This document shows positions 1-10,374 of a stretch of 64,000 nt of DNA, piece after piece. Below the pieces are notes generated by a model. It ran no database searches. It was not told the DNA's origin and saw only the letters and a list, made by a program, of their open reading frames with translations. A program made the translations under genes and the position numbers. Position 1 is the first letter of the stretch; each line of letters opens with the position of its first letter. Source of the DNA: Chamaesiphon sp. (GTDB lineage Bacteria; Cyanobacteriota; Cyanobacteriia; Cyanobacteriales; Chamaesiphonaceae); assembly GCA_965246715.1 (NCBI GenBank), contig CBDFFH010000043.1, positions 96,001 through 160,000 on the forward strand. The letters run 5' to 3'.

Positions 1-1805
1 ACGCGATCGTCTTAGATTTGATGTTGCCGAAATTGGATGGGATTACGCTCTGCAAAAGATTGCGCACAGCTGGCTATACAATGCCGATTCTACTCCTGAC
101 TTCCCAAGATCTCATTACTGCCAAAGTGCAGGGATTAGATGCAGGTGCGGATGATTATCTGGTCAAACCCTTCGATCTGGCGGAACTGATGGCTCGAATG
201 CGAGCGTTGCTCCGCCGCAGTAGCGATCGAGCGTTACCGCTGTTGAGTTGGGAGAATTTGCTGCTCGATCCGAGTACCTGTGAAGTCACCTACGACGGTA
301 AACTGCTAAACCTGACGACGAAAGAATACGATCTCTTAGAACTATTTTTACGCGATTGTTATCATGTTTTTAGTAGCGACGAGATTATCGATCGATTGTG
401 GTCTTCCGATGATTTTCCGGCTGAGGCAACAGTTCGCTCTCACGTCCGGCGATTGCGAAGGAAACTCCAAGCCGCAGGTGCGCCACCTGATTCGATCGCG
501 ACGATTCACGGGCGTGGATATTATCTCAAGTCAGATCGGTCAGCAGCAACTACCGATATCAACTTGCCACCTGTGGGAGCTAATGAACCGCTGACACCAG
601 CAACTCCTCAGCAAGTGGAACGGCAACAAGCACAGTATCGAGCGTTCCTTCAGGAAACGTGGCAGACAACTCAACCTCAATGTCTGGATCGACTAACAGA
701 GCTAAGTGTTACAGTCATGCACTTACTATTAGGCAGTTGTGGGGCTGGGGAACAAGATCGGGCACACCAACAAGCACATAAATTAGTGGGGACATTGGGT
801 GTCTTTGGCGCGATTTCAGCGATGGAGATCGCTCGTCAAATCGAGCGCTTATTAGCGAGAGCGGTCGATCCGACTGCTACTGAAACATTATTATTACCAA
901 AATTGCTGAGCGATTTGATGGTAGAAGTCGAATGCTTTACCGTTGGCGACGGCAATCCCCACGCACTCAGTCACACGATCGATACTCGTACTGGAGCGCC
1001 AGCGGCGAGGCTTGACGCTCTTAGTTCCAAGCTACCTTTATTATTACTGGTAGGTCTGGAGCCACATTTAACTCAATCAGCGATCGATCTTGCCAAAGGT
1101 CGCGATCTCCAAACAATGGTATTTGCGAATATCGAGACTGCCAATCGTTATCTGGACACTCTTCCCGATCTGCTCTCGTCTACAGTAGTACTCGTCAGTC
1201 TCGCTAACAGTCAACCATCTCTGGCTACATCGATCGCACAATTGGAATTTGTCAAAAATGTTCGTCGGCGGTTTCCCCATTGGGCGGTATTGGTACTGGG
1301 AGAACGCGATAGTTTACGCGATCGATTGGCTGTCGTCCGCTGTGGTGGCAAATTTATCGGCACCGTTAGCCTAACCGCCAAGCAAATCTTCACCGCCATA
1401 ACTGCCTGTATTCAACCAGCGATTGCCACTGCAAAGGTGATGGTAGTAGATGACGACCTCGATTGGTTGCGAACCCTACCTAAATTGTTGGAACCCTGGG
1501 GACTCAAAGTAAGTACCCTTGCCGATCCGCTACATTTTTGGACGGTATTACAGTCGGTGCGACCGGATGCCTTAATCTTGGATGTCAAGATGCCAGAGAT
1601 TAATGGTTTAGAGTTATGTCAGGTACTCCGCAGCGATCCGAGCTGGCAGCATTTACCAATTTTATTTCTCAGCGCGCTCGATGACTCGAGCGCGCAACAG
1701 GAAGCTTTTCGTGTCGGGGCGGATGATTATCTGTGTAAACCAATGTTAGGTGGCGAACTCGCCTGGCGCATCCGCCATCGGTTGGCACGACTGCAACTTA
1801 GTTGA
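1..1805 (+). CDS. Multidomain response regulator (REC-OmpR wHTH-HPt-pseudoREC-REC, RcaC-like architecture), 5'-truncated by the window edge
   Basis: Frame is open from base 1 (..AIVLDLMLPKLDG). GADDYLVKPF receiver end, OmpR-type TIHGRGYYL, HPt motif AHKLVGTLGVFG, terminal REC (VVDDD..LDVKMP..GADDYLCKP). Confidence 0.88.
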   Translation, partial: AIVLDLMLPKLDGITLCKRLRTAGYTMPILLLTSQDLITAKVQGLDAGADDYLVKPFDLAELMARMRALLRRSSDRALPLLSWENLLLDPSTCEVTYDGKLLNLTTKEYDLLELFLRDCYHVFSSDEIIDRLWSSDDFPAEATVRSHVRRLRRKLQAAGAPPDSIATIHGRGYYLKSDRSAATTDINLPPVGANEPLTPATPQQVERQQAQYRAFLQETWQTTQPQCLDRLTELSVTVMHLLLGSCGAGEQDRAHQQAHKLVGTLGVFGAISAMEIARQIERLLARAVDPTATETLLLPKLLSDLMVEVECFTVGDGNPHALSHTIDTRTGAPAARLDALSSKLPLLLLVGLEPHLTQSAIDLAKGRDLQTMVFANIETANRYLDTLPDLLSSTVVLVSLANSQPSLATSIAQLEFVKNVRRRFPHWAVLVLGERDSLRDRLAVVRCGGKFIGTVSLTAKQIFTAITACIQPAIATAKVMVVDDDLDWLRTLPKLLEPWGLKVSTLADPLHFWTVLQSVRPDALILDVKMPEINGLELCQVLRSDPSWQHLPILFLSALDDSSAQQEAFRVGADDYLCKPMLGGELAWRIRHRLARLQLS

Positions 1806-1866
1806 TGTGCAGGAATTAGCCTAATTTGTTACATAAAAAAATTTATGAATGTAAGAAAGCTATTCA

Positions 1867-1946
1867 ACGTGAGTTCGGGATAAGAATAGCCTAGAGACTG
1901 AAATCGGTGCTTGAACGAAGCAAATATCCTTAACCCGAACTCACGT
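1867..1946. mobile_element. MITE family A, minimal 80-bp copy
   Basis: TIRs acgtgagttcgggataag / cttaacccgaactcacgt; flanking direct repeat tattca (1861-1866 and 1947-1952). Confidence 0.8.
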
Positions 1947-1955
1947 TATTCAAAC

Positions 1956-1993
1956 AAATCAGGGCCGATCGACATGTCGATCGGCCCTGATTT
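1956..1993. terminator. Perfect 38-bp palindrome, probable bidirectional terminator between convergent genes
   Basis: aaatcagggccgatcgaca|tgtcgatcggccctgattt lies between the response regulator and desC stop codons. Confidence 0.65.
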
Positions 1994-2032
1994 TAACTGC
2001 GATTTAGACTGAATTTCAGACTAGCAATAACC

Positions 2033-2899
2033 CTATTGCGTTGGCGGTAAAATTACCCGTCGAGCCAAACCAAGTTTTTGCAACAGTTTAATCGACCACC
2101 AAGTCATGTCGAGTTCCCACCACTGCCAGCCACCTTTGGCGACATTGGGATAAGCATGATGATTGTTGTGCCAGCCTTCGCCGTAAGTAAGTAATGCCGC
2201 CCACCAGAGATTACGAGAATTATCGTCCGACTCGTGGGAGCGATAGCCAGTGATATGGCTAGCTGAATTAATCAGCCAAGTGCTGTGCCACAGAATCACC
2301 GCACGCACGAACACACCGTAAATTACAAACGACCAACCGCCGATCGCATATAGTAACAGTCCGACAGGGATTTGGAGGAACAGAAAATATTTATCTAACC
2401 ACCGATAATAGGCATCTTTGGCTAAATCTGGTGCCGCCTTTTTGTAGTCATCAAAATTAAAAAAGTCAGCTTTTGGATAGAAAATCCAGAGCATGTGACT
2501 CCACCAAAAACCGCGTTTTGCCGAGTAGGGATCTTTATCCCAATCTTCGGTATATAAGTGGTGCTGGCGATGCCCAGCCACCCAGAAAATCGGCCCACCT
2601 TGAAGTGCTAACGAACCGATAGTGGCAAATACATATTCCAACCATTTGGGCACCTGCAAACTGCGATGCGTCAATAAACGGTGGAATCCCAGGCAAATCC
2701 CGATCGATCCAAACAGCCAGTGCAACACGATCGCCGCACCTAGTGCCGACCAGTCAAAAAACCACGGTGCTAATAATGCCAGCGCGTGGAACGATCCAAA
2801 AAAGATTACGTTCGTCCAACTTAATGCTGCCGAGTCCTGTCGTTCCGAGCTAGTATCGGAGCCTGCGCGTTGTTCCGCGACGGTCGAATTAGAAGTCAT
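2033..2899 (-). CDS. desC: Delta-9 acyl-lipid desaturase
   Basis: His boxes HRLLTH, HRQHH and HNNHH; GEGWHNNHHA motif. Start placed at MTSNS (the ORF track extends to 2944). Confidence 0.92.
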   Translation of the reverse strand: MTSNSTVAEQRAGSDTSSERQDSAALSWTNVIFFGSFHALALLAPWFFDWSALGAAIVLHWLFGSIGICLGFHRLLTHRSLQVPKWLEYVFATIGSLALQGGPIFWVAGHRQHHLYTEDWDKDPYSAKRGFWWSHMLWIFYPKADFFNFDDYKKAAPDLAKDAYYRWLDKYFLFLQIPVGLLLYAIGGWSFVIYGVFVRAVILWHSTWLINSASHITGYRSHESDDNSRNLWWAALLTYGEGWHNNHHAYPNVAKGGWQWWELDMTWWSIKLLQKLGLARRVILPPTQ

Positions 2900-3011
2900 A
2901 AATAATTTATTAGGTGTTAGGTTTGGGATCGGATCGCCAAACATCGTGCGTAATTATTTTCTACTTAGCTCGAAAGCAGGTCGGGCATTTCGGTATAGTA
3001 GAAATAGCTTG

Positions 3012-3075
3012 TGCAAGTAACGCTTGCTTCACCTATCTTAACAAGCTTTTCAGAAATGTGCAAGTGGTACTTGCA
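3012..3075. promoter_or_regulatory. Two 7-3-7 palindromes, candidate TetR operators
   Basis: TGCAAGT-ggt-ACTTGCA (3059-3075, perfect) and TGCAAGT-aac-GCTTGC (3012-3027) in the divergent desC/TetR intergenic region. Confidence 0.55.
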
Positions 3076-3151
3076 TTTTTGCTCTCGATCGATTCTCCCG
3101 CTCGTGCGGATTAGGCTAGGGTACCCATAACAACACACCGCCTCATTTAAA

Positions 3152-3213
3152 TTCCCCTCCTCTGCGAAGGCAGACGCTACGCGAACGGAGGGGTGACCGA
3201 AGGGCGGGGTGGG
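3152..3213. repeat. REP-like GC-rich repeat carrying a small internal palindromic insert
   Basis: cccctcc...ggagggg arms around tctgcgaaggcagacgctacgcgaac, followed by tgaccgaagggcggggtggg. Confidence 0.4.
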
Positions 3214-3253
3214 TTCCGCGTTCCCACCCTCAATAACCCCAATCCCAGTTCCC

Positions 3254-4468
3254 ATGTCATCCTCCCGCAATCTTACCCGCCAACGACTGATTCATGCTGC
3301 GATCGAACTCTTTGCCACTCAAGGGGTGACAGAGACGACGACCAAACAGATTGCCGAACTAGCTCAGGTGAATGAAGTCACGCTATTCCGGCAATTTGGT
3401 AATAAACATGGCTTATTACTAGCAGTAATTGAAGATGCGGAAGTATTTGCCCAATTGGGGCAAAGCTTAGTAGCTGAATTACCACCTGCGAGCAATTTGC
3501 CACAAATGCTCAAAGATTATGCTAATACTTGCTTGCAAGCATTAGAGCAGACACCCGCAGTCGTCAGATCGCTCGTTGGGGAATCAGGACAATATTCTCC
3601 TGAAAATCGGCAAGCATTAGGGCGCAGTTTCGATCGAGCCAATCGACGCGTCGCCAAGTATTTAAAAACCGCCATCGGTGAATCGCAAGCTAATTTAAAT
3701 CTACCGATCGAACAATTGGTAAGTCTGCTCAATACACTATTATTCGGATATACAACGATCGAATTAACTAGTGAATATCATGAGCTATGGCGCGATCGAG
3801 CTGATTTTTTAGACAAGGTAATTACTTTATTTCTCGCGGGTGCTGTGGCAACAACTACCGAATCGATCGACCCTGTTATCCAGCCGATCGCACCCGATTT
3901 ACCAGAAGCGAGCGTTCATCAAATCTTGCAAAGAGCTAAGCAGCAAGGGGCACAAATTTATGCGATTGTATATGTATTATTTGGAGCGGGATTGAATATT
4001 GGGGAGCTAGTAAGACTGAATCGATCGCATCACTATAGCACTAGCGATCGACAGTTATTACAAATTACTCAAGGCTTAGTGCGGCAAGTACCTGTCAATC
4101 AGTGGATTATGGAAAAACGTTACGGCTCGTATCTCAAAAATCCCCTGACTCAATGGTTGAGAAGTCGTAAAGATCCGAATGTGGCTCTATTTATCGGCGC
4201 GGATGGAGCCGCATTAACCGAGACGGAGTTGCGCCAACAATGGCAACAATTAACTAACGAAATTATCACACCAACTGGAGAACCACCGCACATCGAACAA
4301 ACCCAATCGACATGGTGTGTAGAAATGCTAATGCGTGGACTAAATACTGAAGCGATGCAAGTACTAACGGGTTGGGAAGCCAATCAACTCGAACCATACG
4401 TACTACGTGCTAAAGAACAAACGGCTCTGTTAGCAGCATTTAATCTCGATACCGCCAAACAGCGATAG
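3254..4468 (+). CDS. TetR-family regulator with a C-terminal degenerate tyrosine-recombinase-like domain
   Basis: N-terminal HTH (TTTKQIAELAQVNEVTLFRQFGNK). The C-terminus has integrase-like boxes LFGAGLNIGEL, QSTWCVEMLMRG and LTGW..EPY. Confidence 0.8.
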   Translation: MSSSRNLTRQRLIHAAIELFATQGVTETTTKQIAELAQVNEVTLFRQFGNKHGLLLAVIEDAEVFAQLGQSLVAELPPASNLPQMLKDYANTCLQALEQTPAVVRSLVGESGQYSPENRQALGRSFDRANRRVAKYLKTAIGESQANLNLPIEQLVSLLNTLLFGYTTIELTSEYHELWRDRADFLDKVITLFLAGAVATTTESIDPVIQPIAPDLPEASVHQILQRAKQQGAQIYAIVYVLFGAGLNIGELVRLNRSHHYSTSDRQLLQITQGLVRQVPVNQWIMEKRYGSYLKNPLTQWLRSRKDPNVALFIGADGAALTETELRQQWQQLTNEIITPTGEPPHIEQTQSTWCVEMLMRGLNTEAMQVLTGWEANQLEPYVLRAKEQTALLAAFNLDTAKQR

Positions 4469-4540
4469 GGTGAGGCTATTGTAGGGAGCATAAATTCGCA
4501 GTTATTCGATCGCGAACATTTAGGTAGAATTTGTAGATAT

Positions 4541-4640
4541 TTGCCAGCGGTGGTGGTGCCTTACAATCCTCTGCTTAGATCCTTTAGCGAGCGATTGTTA
4601 GCGCTTGGTAAGATAAAGATGCAGGCTATTGATGCCGATA
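4541..4640 (+). pseudogene. Fragment of an IS110-family transposase C-terminus
   Basis: [32 protein letters not shown] aligns by eye to LPAIVARRDHPLIQVFCDRLLAKGKSKMAMIGA of the IS110 at 39080-40072. Confidence 0.7.
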
Positions 4641-4761
4641 TACTAATAGTCCTCGAACGACTAGTCGTTGCCCAAGCTTCGGACTGGCATCTTCAAACAA
4701 AACATCGCCTCACTTACCAATAATTACCAAACCTAGATCTAAACATCACACCAAGCATCCC

Positions 4762-5967
4762 ATGAACATCCCACCCCTAAGTTGGCAAGAACTAGAAGAT
4801 TTAGCGAACTTTCAAGTAGATACAGTCAATGGACAGACCAATTCCCAAGCGAGATTAAGACTATTCGATCGACCCGAATCTGAAGTCCGCGTGACACTCT
4901 ACCGCGATAATCATGCTTGGTGCCCCTACTGTCAGAAGATCTGGCTGTGGCTGGAGGAAAAACAGATCCCTTACCGGATCGAAAAAGTTACCATGTTTTG
5001 CTATGGCGAAAAAGAGAGTTGGTACAAGCGCAAAGTACCATCGGGAATGCTCCCAGCACTGGAACTAGACGGACGCATCATCACGGAAAGCGATGATATC
5101 TTAATGGCACTGGAACGAGAATTTGGTGCTTTGGGTCGAGGAATGCGCGATCCCCAAGTATTGCCATTGCGTCAATTGGAGCGGCTGCTGTTTAGAGCTT
5201 GGTGCGCTTGGTTGTGCCGTCCGTCGAACTCAGAGCGGGAAGAACAACGCAACCGCGAGCAATTTACTGGCGTAGTCGAAATGGTTGAAGAAGCACTAGG
5301 TAGCACTCCAGGAGACTATTTCCTGGCGGAGTTCGGTACTGCTGACGTAATTTTTACGCCTTATGTCGAGCGGATGAATGCCAGTCTCTACTATTACAAA
5401 GGCTATTCGTTGCGTGAAGATAACCCCCGCTTTAAGGCTTGGTTTGCAGCGATGGAAACTCGATCGACCTATCGCGGTACCCAGAGCGATTTTCATACCC
5501 ACGTTCACGATCTCCCGCCCCAAATGGGTGGCTGCTGGGAAAACGGCGAACCGCAGATGCTCATCAACAAGGCGCGTGTCGATAATGGCCCCTGGGAAGG
5601 GCTACCCGATGTAACTTATACAGAGCCAGAAACCGCTCGTGCCGAAGCTCTCCAGCGCACCCTCAAGCACCGTAGCAATATCATTCGGGTCAATCCTGCC
5701 GATAACAATCTCATGGATGAAGCGTTACGCTGTGCGCTCACCCAGATGATGACTGGAAAAACTTGCCAACCACCGTCAGGCGGTGATGTTGCGCTGCGAT
5801 ATTTACGCGATCGAATTAACGTCCCTCGGGATATGTCGATCTATGCAGCGAAACGCCTGCGGAAATCCCTAGAAGAAACCGCCGCTCTAACTGGTGACGG
5901 ACAAGGCAATCCCATTCCCTTCAACCATCGTCGCGACCAAAATCCCGCTGATTTTCGCAATAATTAA
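4762..5967 (+). CDS. Glutathione S-transferase family protein (cyanobacterial/algal type)
   Basis: Thioredoxin-like WCPYC motif, [22 protein letters not shown] signature, GST C-terminal helical domain. Confidence 0.88.
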   Translation: MNIPPLSWQELEDLANFQVDTVNGQTNSQARLRLFDRPESEVRVTLYRDNHAWCPYCQKIWLWLEEKQIPYRIEKVTMFCYGEKESWYKRKVPSGMLPALELDGRIITESDDILMALEREFGALGRGMRDPQVLPLRQLERLLFRAWCAWLCRPSNSEREEQRNREQFTGVVEMVEEALGSTPGDYFLAEFGTADVIFTPYVERMNASLYYYKGYSLREDNPRFKAWFAAMETRSTYRGTQSDFHTHVHDLPPQMGGCWENGEPQMLINKARVDNGPWEGLPDVTYTEPETARAEALQRTLKHRSNIIRVNPADNNLMDEALRCALTQMMTGKTCQPPSGGDVALRYLRDRINVPRDMSIYAAKRLRKSLEETAALTGDGQGNPIPFNHRRDQNPADFRNN

Positions 5968-6378
5968 TTTGGGATGGCGCTCGCGCTGTTAAAGTTATCG
6001 TCAGCACAAGTTCATCGATCGAGCTATTATTTTCTGCTGCTCTTATGCGACAATTTGAATTTTAAGGACTGTAATCTTTTTGAAATGTGCCTCAACCGCT
6101 AATGTTAGGTTGCCGTTATCTATTGCCACTGCGGCGAATTGGCTTCAATGCGATCGATCCACTTAAATGGAATGGTGACTTTAACGGGAACGAGCCATTA
6201 ATTGCCTCTGGTAATGAGCCTAGCAACGATTCTGCCGCTTATCGTGACCTTTTGCTAGCAGCTATCGCGATCGAATATCCCACAGCATTGGTTTTAGCAT
6301 TACCGCAGCTTAGGAGCGAGATCGATCGTGTTATCATATATCGACTGTCGAACCAGCATCTCTATCCCTGCTTTCCGT

Positions 6379-8727
6379 ATGTTAGATATCCGCGCTCAGA
6401 TTGCTACTGAATTAGACTTAAACCAAGCCTTAGTTCAGAATGTTTTAGATCTATTTGCAGAAGGAGCGACGATTCCGTTTATCGCGCGGTATCGGAAAGA
6501 GCGGACGGGAGAAATGAATGAGATCGTCTTGCGCGAATTAGAAGAAAGATTTACTTATCTCACCGAATTAGCAGCACGAAAAGAATCGATTCTAAGTTCG
6601 ATCGAGTCACAAGCTAAACTCACTCCTGAGCTTAAAGCTAAGATCGAAAATTGCTTACTCAAGACCGAATTAGAAGATCTATATCTTCCCTACAAACCTA
6701 AGCGCCGCACGCGAGCGACAATTGCTAGAGAAAAAGGATTAGATCCATTTGCTGAGTTCATTCGAGCGTTAAATATCCCCACAGCCCAACCTGTGGATTT
6801 AGAATTAGAAGCCGCTAAATATATCAACGAAGAACTAGGCGTGAAAACCGCTGCTGATGCCTTGGCTGGAGCTTCCGATATCATCGCCGAATCGACTGCC
6901 GACAAAGCTAATTTGCGCGCTTACATCCGCGAATATATTTACTCGGAAGGTCAATTTACTTCGAGCATCAAAGATGATGTCGAGGAAGGTTCGACTAAGT
7001 ATGAGATGTATCGCAAATATTCGGTACCCGTTAGCAAAGTTGCCCCGCACAATCTCCTCGCCCTATTGCGTGGTGAAACTGAGAAAGTACTAAATCTGGA
7101 TCTAGATTTTAGTGAAGAGGATATCTGCGATTATTTAGCAGAACGAGAAATCCAGACTAAAGTAACCACAGTCCGTCAGTTTTATATCAATATGCTCAAA
7201 GATGCCTTCAATCGGTTGATGAAGACATCACTAATTAATGAAGTCCGAGCTGAAGCAAAATTACAGGCAGATATCGGCTCGATTTCCAACTTTGAAACCA
7301 ACTTACGCGAACTATTACTATCGGCTCCAGCAGGGATGAAACCGACACTTGCGATCGATCCTGGCTTTCGATCGGGATGTAAAGTTGCAGTATTATCAGA
7401 AACGGGTAAATTCCTGGCTTACGAAGCAGTTTTCCCCCATCAAGCAGCCAATCAACGCCAACAAGCGGCAAATACAGTCAAACAATTCATCAAGAAATAT
7501 AATATTCAATTAATCGCGATCGGGAATGGTACCGCCGGACGTGAAACCGACCAATTTGTCATCGAATTACTCGCAGATGTCGAACCAAAACCGATTAAAG
7601 TAATGGTAAATGAATCGGGTGCATCGATTTATTCCGCGAGTGAAGTAGCGATCTCTGAATTTCCCGATCTCGATATTACCGTGCGCGGTGCAATTAGCAT
7701 CGGTCGTCGCTTACAAGATCCCCTAGCTGAGTTGGTAAAAATCGATCCCAAATCGATCGGTGTCGGTCAATATCAACACGATGTAGACCAAAAATTGCTC
7801 AGAAAGAAACTCGATGATACCGTCGAAAGTTGCGTAAACTTTGTTGGTGTAGATCTCAATACCGCATCCAAAGAATTACTCACCTTCGTATCGGGATTAA
7901 CCCCGGCAGTTGCTAACAACATCGTCGCCTATCGGAACGAAAACGGAGCTTTTAAAAACCGCAAACAACTGCTCAAAGTCGCCAAACTCGGCCCCAAAGC
8001 CTACGAGCAAGCAGCGGGATTCCTCCGCATCCGTGATGGCGAGAATCCCCTCGACAATACCGCCGTTCATCCAGAGAGTTATGGAATCCTGGCATCGATC
8101 TCAAAAGACACAAACATCCCCCTCACCGAGCCGACTAGACTTGCTTCAGAACTCAAACAGACCGACCTGAAGAAATATATCACCGACAAAATTGGCGAAC
8201 CTACCCTGCGCGACATCATCAGCGAACTCGAAAAACCCGGACGCGACCCCCGCGCGGAGTTTAAATATGCCACCTTTAAGGAAGGCATTGCGGAAATTAA
8301 AGATTTAGAAGTCGGGATGGAATTAGAAGGCACCGTGACCAATGTAGCTAACTTTGGTGCCTTTGTAGATATTGGGGTTCATCAAGATGGCTTGGTGCAT
8401 ATTTCTCAATTAGCCGACACCTTTGTCAGCGACCCCAATCAGGTGGTGAAGGTGGGTCAAGTGGTGAAGGTGCGGGTGCTAGAAGTTAATGCTCAATTGA
8501 AGCGGGTAAGTCTGACAATGAAGATTGGTGGTGCGGTGAATTCTAACGATGTCCGAGTTACCCAGCAGCCAGCAGTGCGGGGGAATAAGCCTCAACCAGT
8601 TGCAGTTAAGCCACAAGGCAAGGTCGATAATCATCCTCGGAATGTCTCTTCGGGATCGTCAGCTTCAACTTCCGATCGGCCAGCTACACTAGAAGATCTA
8701 CAACGGAAGTTTGGGAAGAAGAAGTAA
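6379..8727 (+). CDS. tex: Tex-family RNA-binding transcriptional accessory protein
   Basis: GATIPFIARYRKERTG, IDPGFRSGCK (YqgF domain), SIGVGQYQHDV, HhH and C-terminal S1 domain. Confidence 0.93.
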   Translation: MLDIRAQIATELDLNQALVQNVLDLFAEGATIPFIARYRKERTGEMNEIVLRELEERFTYLTELAARKESILSSIESQAKLTPELKAKIENCLLKTELEDLYLPYKPKRRTRATIAREKGLDPFAEFIRALNIPTAQPVDLELEAAKYINEELGVKTAADALAGASDIIAESTADKANLRAYIREYIYSEGQFTSSIKDDVEEGSTKYEMYRKYSVPVSKVAPHNLLALLRGETEKVLNLDLDFSEEDICDYLAEREIQTKVTTVRQFYINMLKDAFNRLMKTSLINEVRAEAKLQADIGSISNFETNLRELLLSAPAGMKPTLAIDPGFRSGCKVAVLSETGKFLAYEAVFPHQAANQRQQAANTVKQFIKKYNIQLIAIGNGTAGRETDQFVIELLADVEPKPIKVMVNESGASIYSASEVAISEFPDLDITVRGAISIGRRLQDPLAELVKIDPKSIGVGQYQHDVDQKLLRKKLDDTVESCVNFVGVDLNTASKELLTFVSGLTPAVANNIVAYRNENGAFKNRKQLLKVAKLGPKAYEQAAGFLRIRDGENPLDNTAVHPESYGILASISKDTNIPLTEPTRLASELKQTDLKKYITDKIGEPTLRDIISELEKPGRDPRAEFKYATFKEGIAEIKDLEVGMELEGTVTNVANFGAFVDIGVHQDGLVHISQLADTFVSDPNQVVKVGQVVKVRVLEVNAQLKRVSLTMKIGGAVNSNDVRVTQQPAVRGNKPQPVAVKPQGKVDNHPRNVSSGSSASTSDRPATLEDLQRKFGKKK

Positions 8728-8795
8728 AATTTTAGGGATAGAATCGCAGTTACAATCTCGGATTATCGATCGGATTGAGATTAGCGACTGTTTTA

Positions 8796-9043
8796 ATGTG
8801 AGTTCGGGTTAAGGATATTTGCTTCGTTCGAGTCCCGCCACCGATTGTGTCTTGTCTCGCTTTTCGCGTCGGGAAACCCGACGGGCGCGAGCCGCAAATC
8901 GGGGCTAGTATTACAAAGTCCGCCTACGCGGACTGATTAACTAGTCCGTGTAGGCAGGCTTTTGCCGCTCGCGGCAACAACCGGACTTTGCGTCATGAGC
9001 CGAGACTTCCAGTCTCCAGGCATTTCTTATCCCGAACTCAGGT
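8796..9043. mobile_element. MITE family A, 248-bp copy loaded with internal palindromes
   Basis: TIRs atgtgagttcgggttaag / cttatcccgaactcaggt; 7-bp TSD tgtttta (8789-8795, 9044-9050). Confidence 0.82.
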
Positions 9044-9047
9044 TGTT

Positions 9048-9611
9048 TTACAACAATAACCAAGCAAATAAACTTTCGATCGATAGATTTAACTCGCTGA
9101 CAAAAGATGGCACTGGTAGCAAAGAATCTGACTCGTCAAATACTGCTACTTCTTGCTTAGGACGATAAACAAACACGGTTTTTTCCGCAGGATCGATTAA
9201 CCAACCGATCTGGGTGCCATATTTCAAACAATGCAGAATATTTTTCGTTACCTTAGTGTGGCTTTGGTCTGGAGACAAGATTTCGATTGTCCAATCTGGA
9301 GCTAAGGGAAACACATTCGCAATTTCACCGTTTTCATCGCAGGGAATTCGATTCCAAATAAATACCGTAACATCGGGGACGATCGATCGACCGCCAAATG
9401 TACAGCGTAACTCAGGAAATGCACTAGCAATTTTTTGTTGCTCGGCAATTGTATTGATGGCGGATACGAACTTCCCCTGAATTCTACTGTGCTTCCCTTG
9501 TGGCATGGGCTTTTGAATAATTTGACCGTCGATATACTCACTGGCTGGCTTAGTTTCTGGTAGTTTCAGGAACTCTGCCAATGTCAGTGTTTTTGCGCCT
9601 ATTTGAACCAT
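9048..9611 (-). CDS. Uma2-family (DUF820) putative endonuclease
   Basis: LTLAEFLKLPETKPASEYIDG..PMPQGKHS, PDWTIEILSP. Start placed at MVQIG. Confidence 0.9.
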   Translation of the reverse strand: MVQIGAKTLTLAEFLKLPETKPASEYIDGQIIQKPMPQGKHSRIQGKFVSAINTIAEQQKIASAFPELRCTFGGRSIVPDVTVFIWNRIPCDENGEIANVFPLAPDWTIEILSPDQSHTKVTKNILHCLKYGTQIGWLIDPAEKTVFVYRPKQEVAVFDESDSLLPVPSFVSELNLSIESLFAWLLL

Positions 9612-9844
9612 CTTGGGACTGCCTCCAGCTTTGCTAGTTCGAGTTCTCATCTTTAATTTTACAGCGAATGCTCCCTTGGAGTAGGTTAATTACGCTATCC
9701 GCATTGCGAAGGTTGGTGTCATAATAATCGTAATCCCTCTATCAAAGTCAATGATGATAATCTCGATCGATCCGAGCTTCCCATCAAAGAAAGTGTCATT
9801 AACTAACTTATATAAATGCCATCCCTCAACAATTTATCGCGCTC

Positions 9845-10012
9845 ATGAATATCGAAGAAATACAACCAGAACGAGACAAGTTACCAGCAAGTAACAATGT
9901 CAAACTCGATCGAGAACAAGAATCCGAGAAAATCATCTGTCCTCATTGTCTACGCACTGCTACCAATGGGATTAAATGCAAGGGAATTTGTGTGGCTGAC
10001 AGTGACTATTGA
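9845..10012 (+). CDS. 55-aa small Cys-rich protein (not in the ORF track)
   Basis: MNIEEIQPERDKLPASNNVKLDREQESEKIICPHCLRTATNGIKCKGICVADSDY; paralog of the next ORF. Confidence 0.7.
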   Translation: MNIEEIQPERDKLPASNNVKLDREQESEKIICPHCLRTATNGIKCKGICVADSDY

Positions 10013-10161
10013 TGCATGAAGTTTAGAAAAGCGGTGATTATTGCTATCCCGTCGGGGCAAGCTGTCGATCGAGTTTGGCGATCGGTTGTGACTTGCGTCA
10101 GACCCAGCGATTGTTAAGTTTAGTAAACTATGCACACAACCCCGAAAAACCCGCCATTCCA

Positions 10162-10356
10162 ATGAAAACTCAATTTCCGCCACTGACTAGCCAGTTACCA
10201 TCCGTGCAGCAGCACGAAGCTAATCAGCGACTCAGCCATACAGCAACCGAAACCGATCGAATTTTGTGTACTCATTGCCAACGGACGGCGACAAATGGTA
10301 ATCCATGCCAATGGATTTGTAAGCGCGATCGAGTTGAGAAGTCGCTAGCTAACTAG
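10162..10356 (+). CDS. 64-aa small Cys-rich protein, paralog of 9845-10012
   Basis: ILCTHCQRTATNGNPCQWIC matches IICPHCLRTATNGIKCKGIC. Confidence 0.6.
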   Translation: MKTQFPPLTSQLPSVQQHEANQRLSHTATETDRILCTHCQRTATNGNPCQWICKRDRVEKSLAN

Positions 10357-10374
10357 TTGAAAATCGCTAATATT

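Noticed and set aside
6087..6410. 107-aa ORF upstream of tex
   Set aside because: No recognisable motif and it overlaps the tex start; cannot be supported.
8962..9168. 68-aa ORF
   Set aside because: It overlaps a MITE and is antisense to the Uma2 gene.
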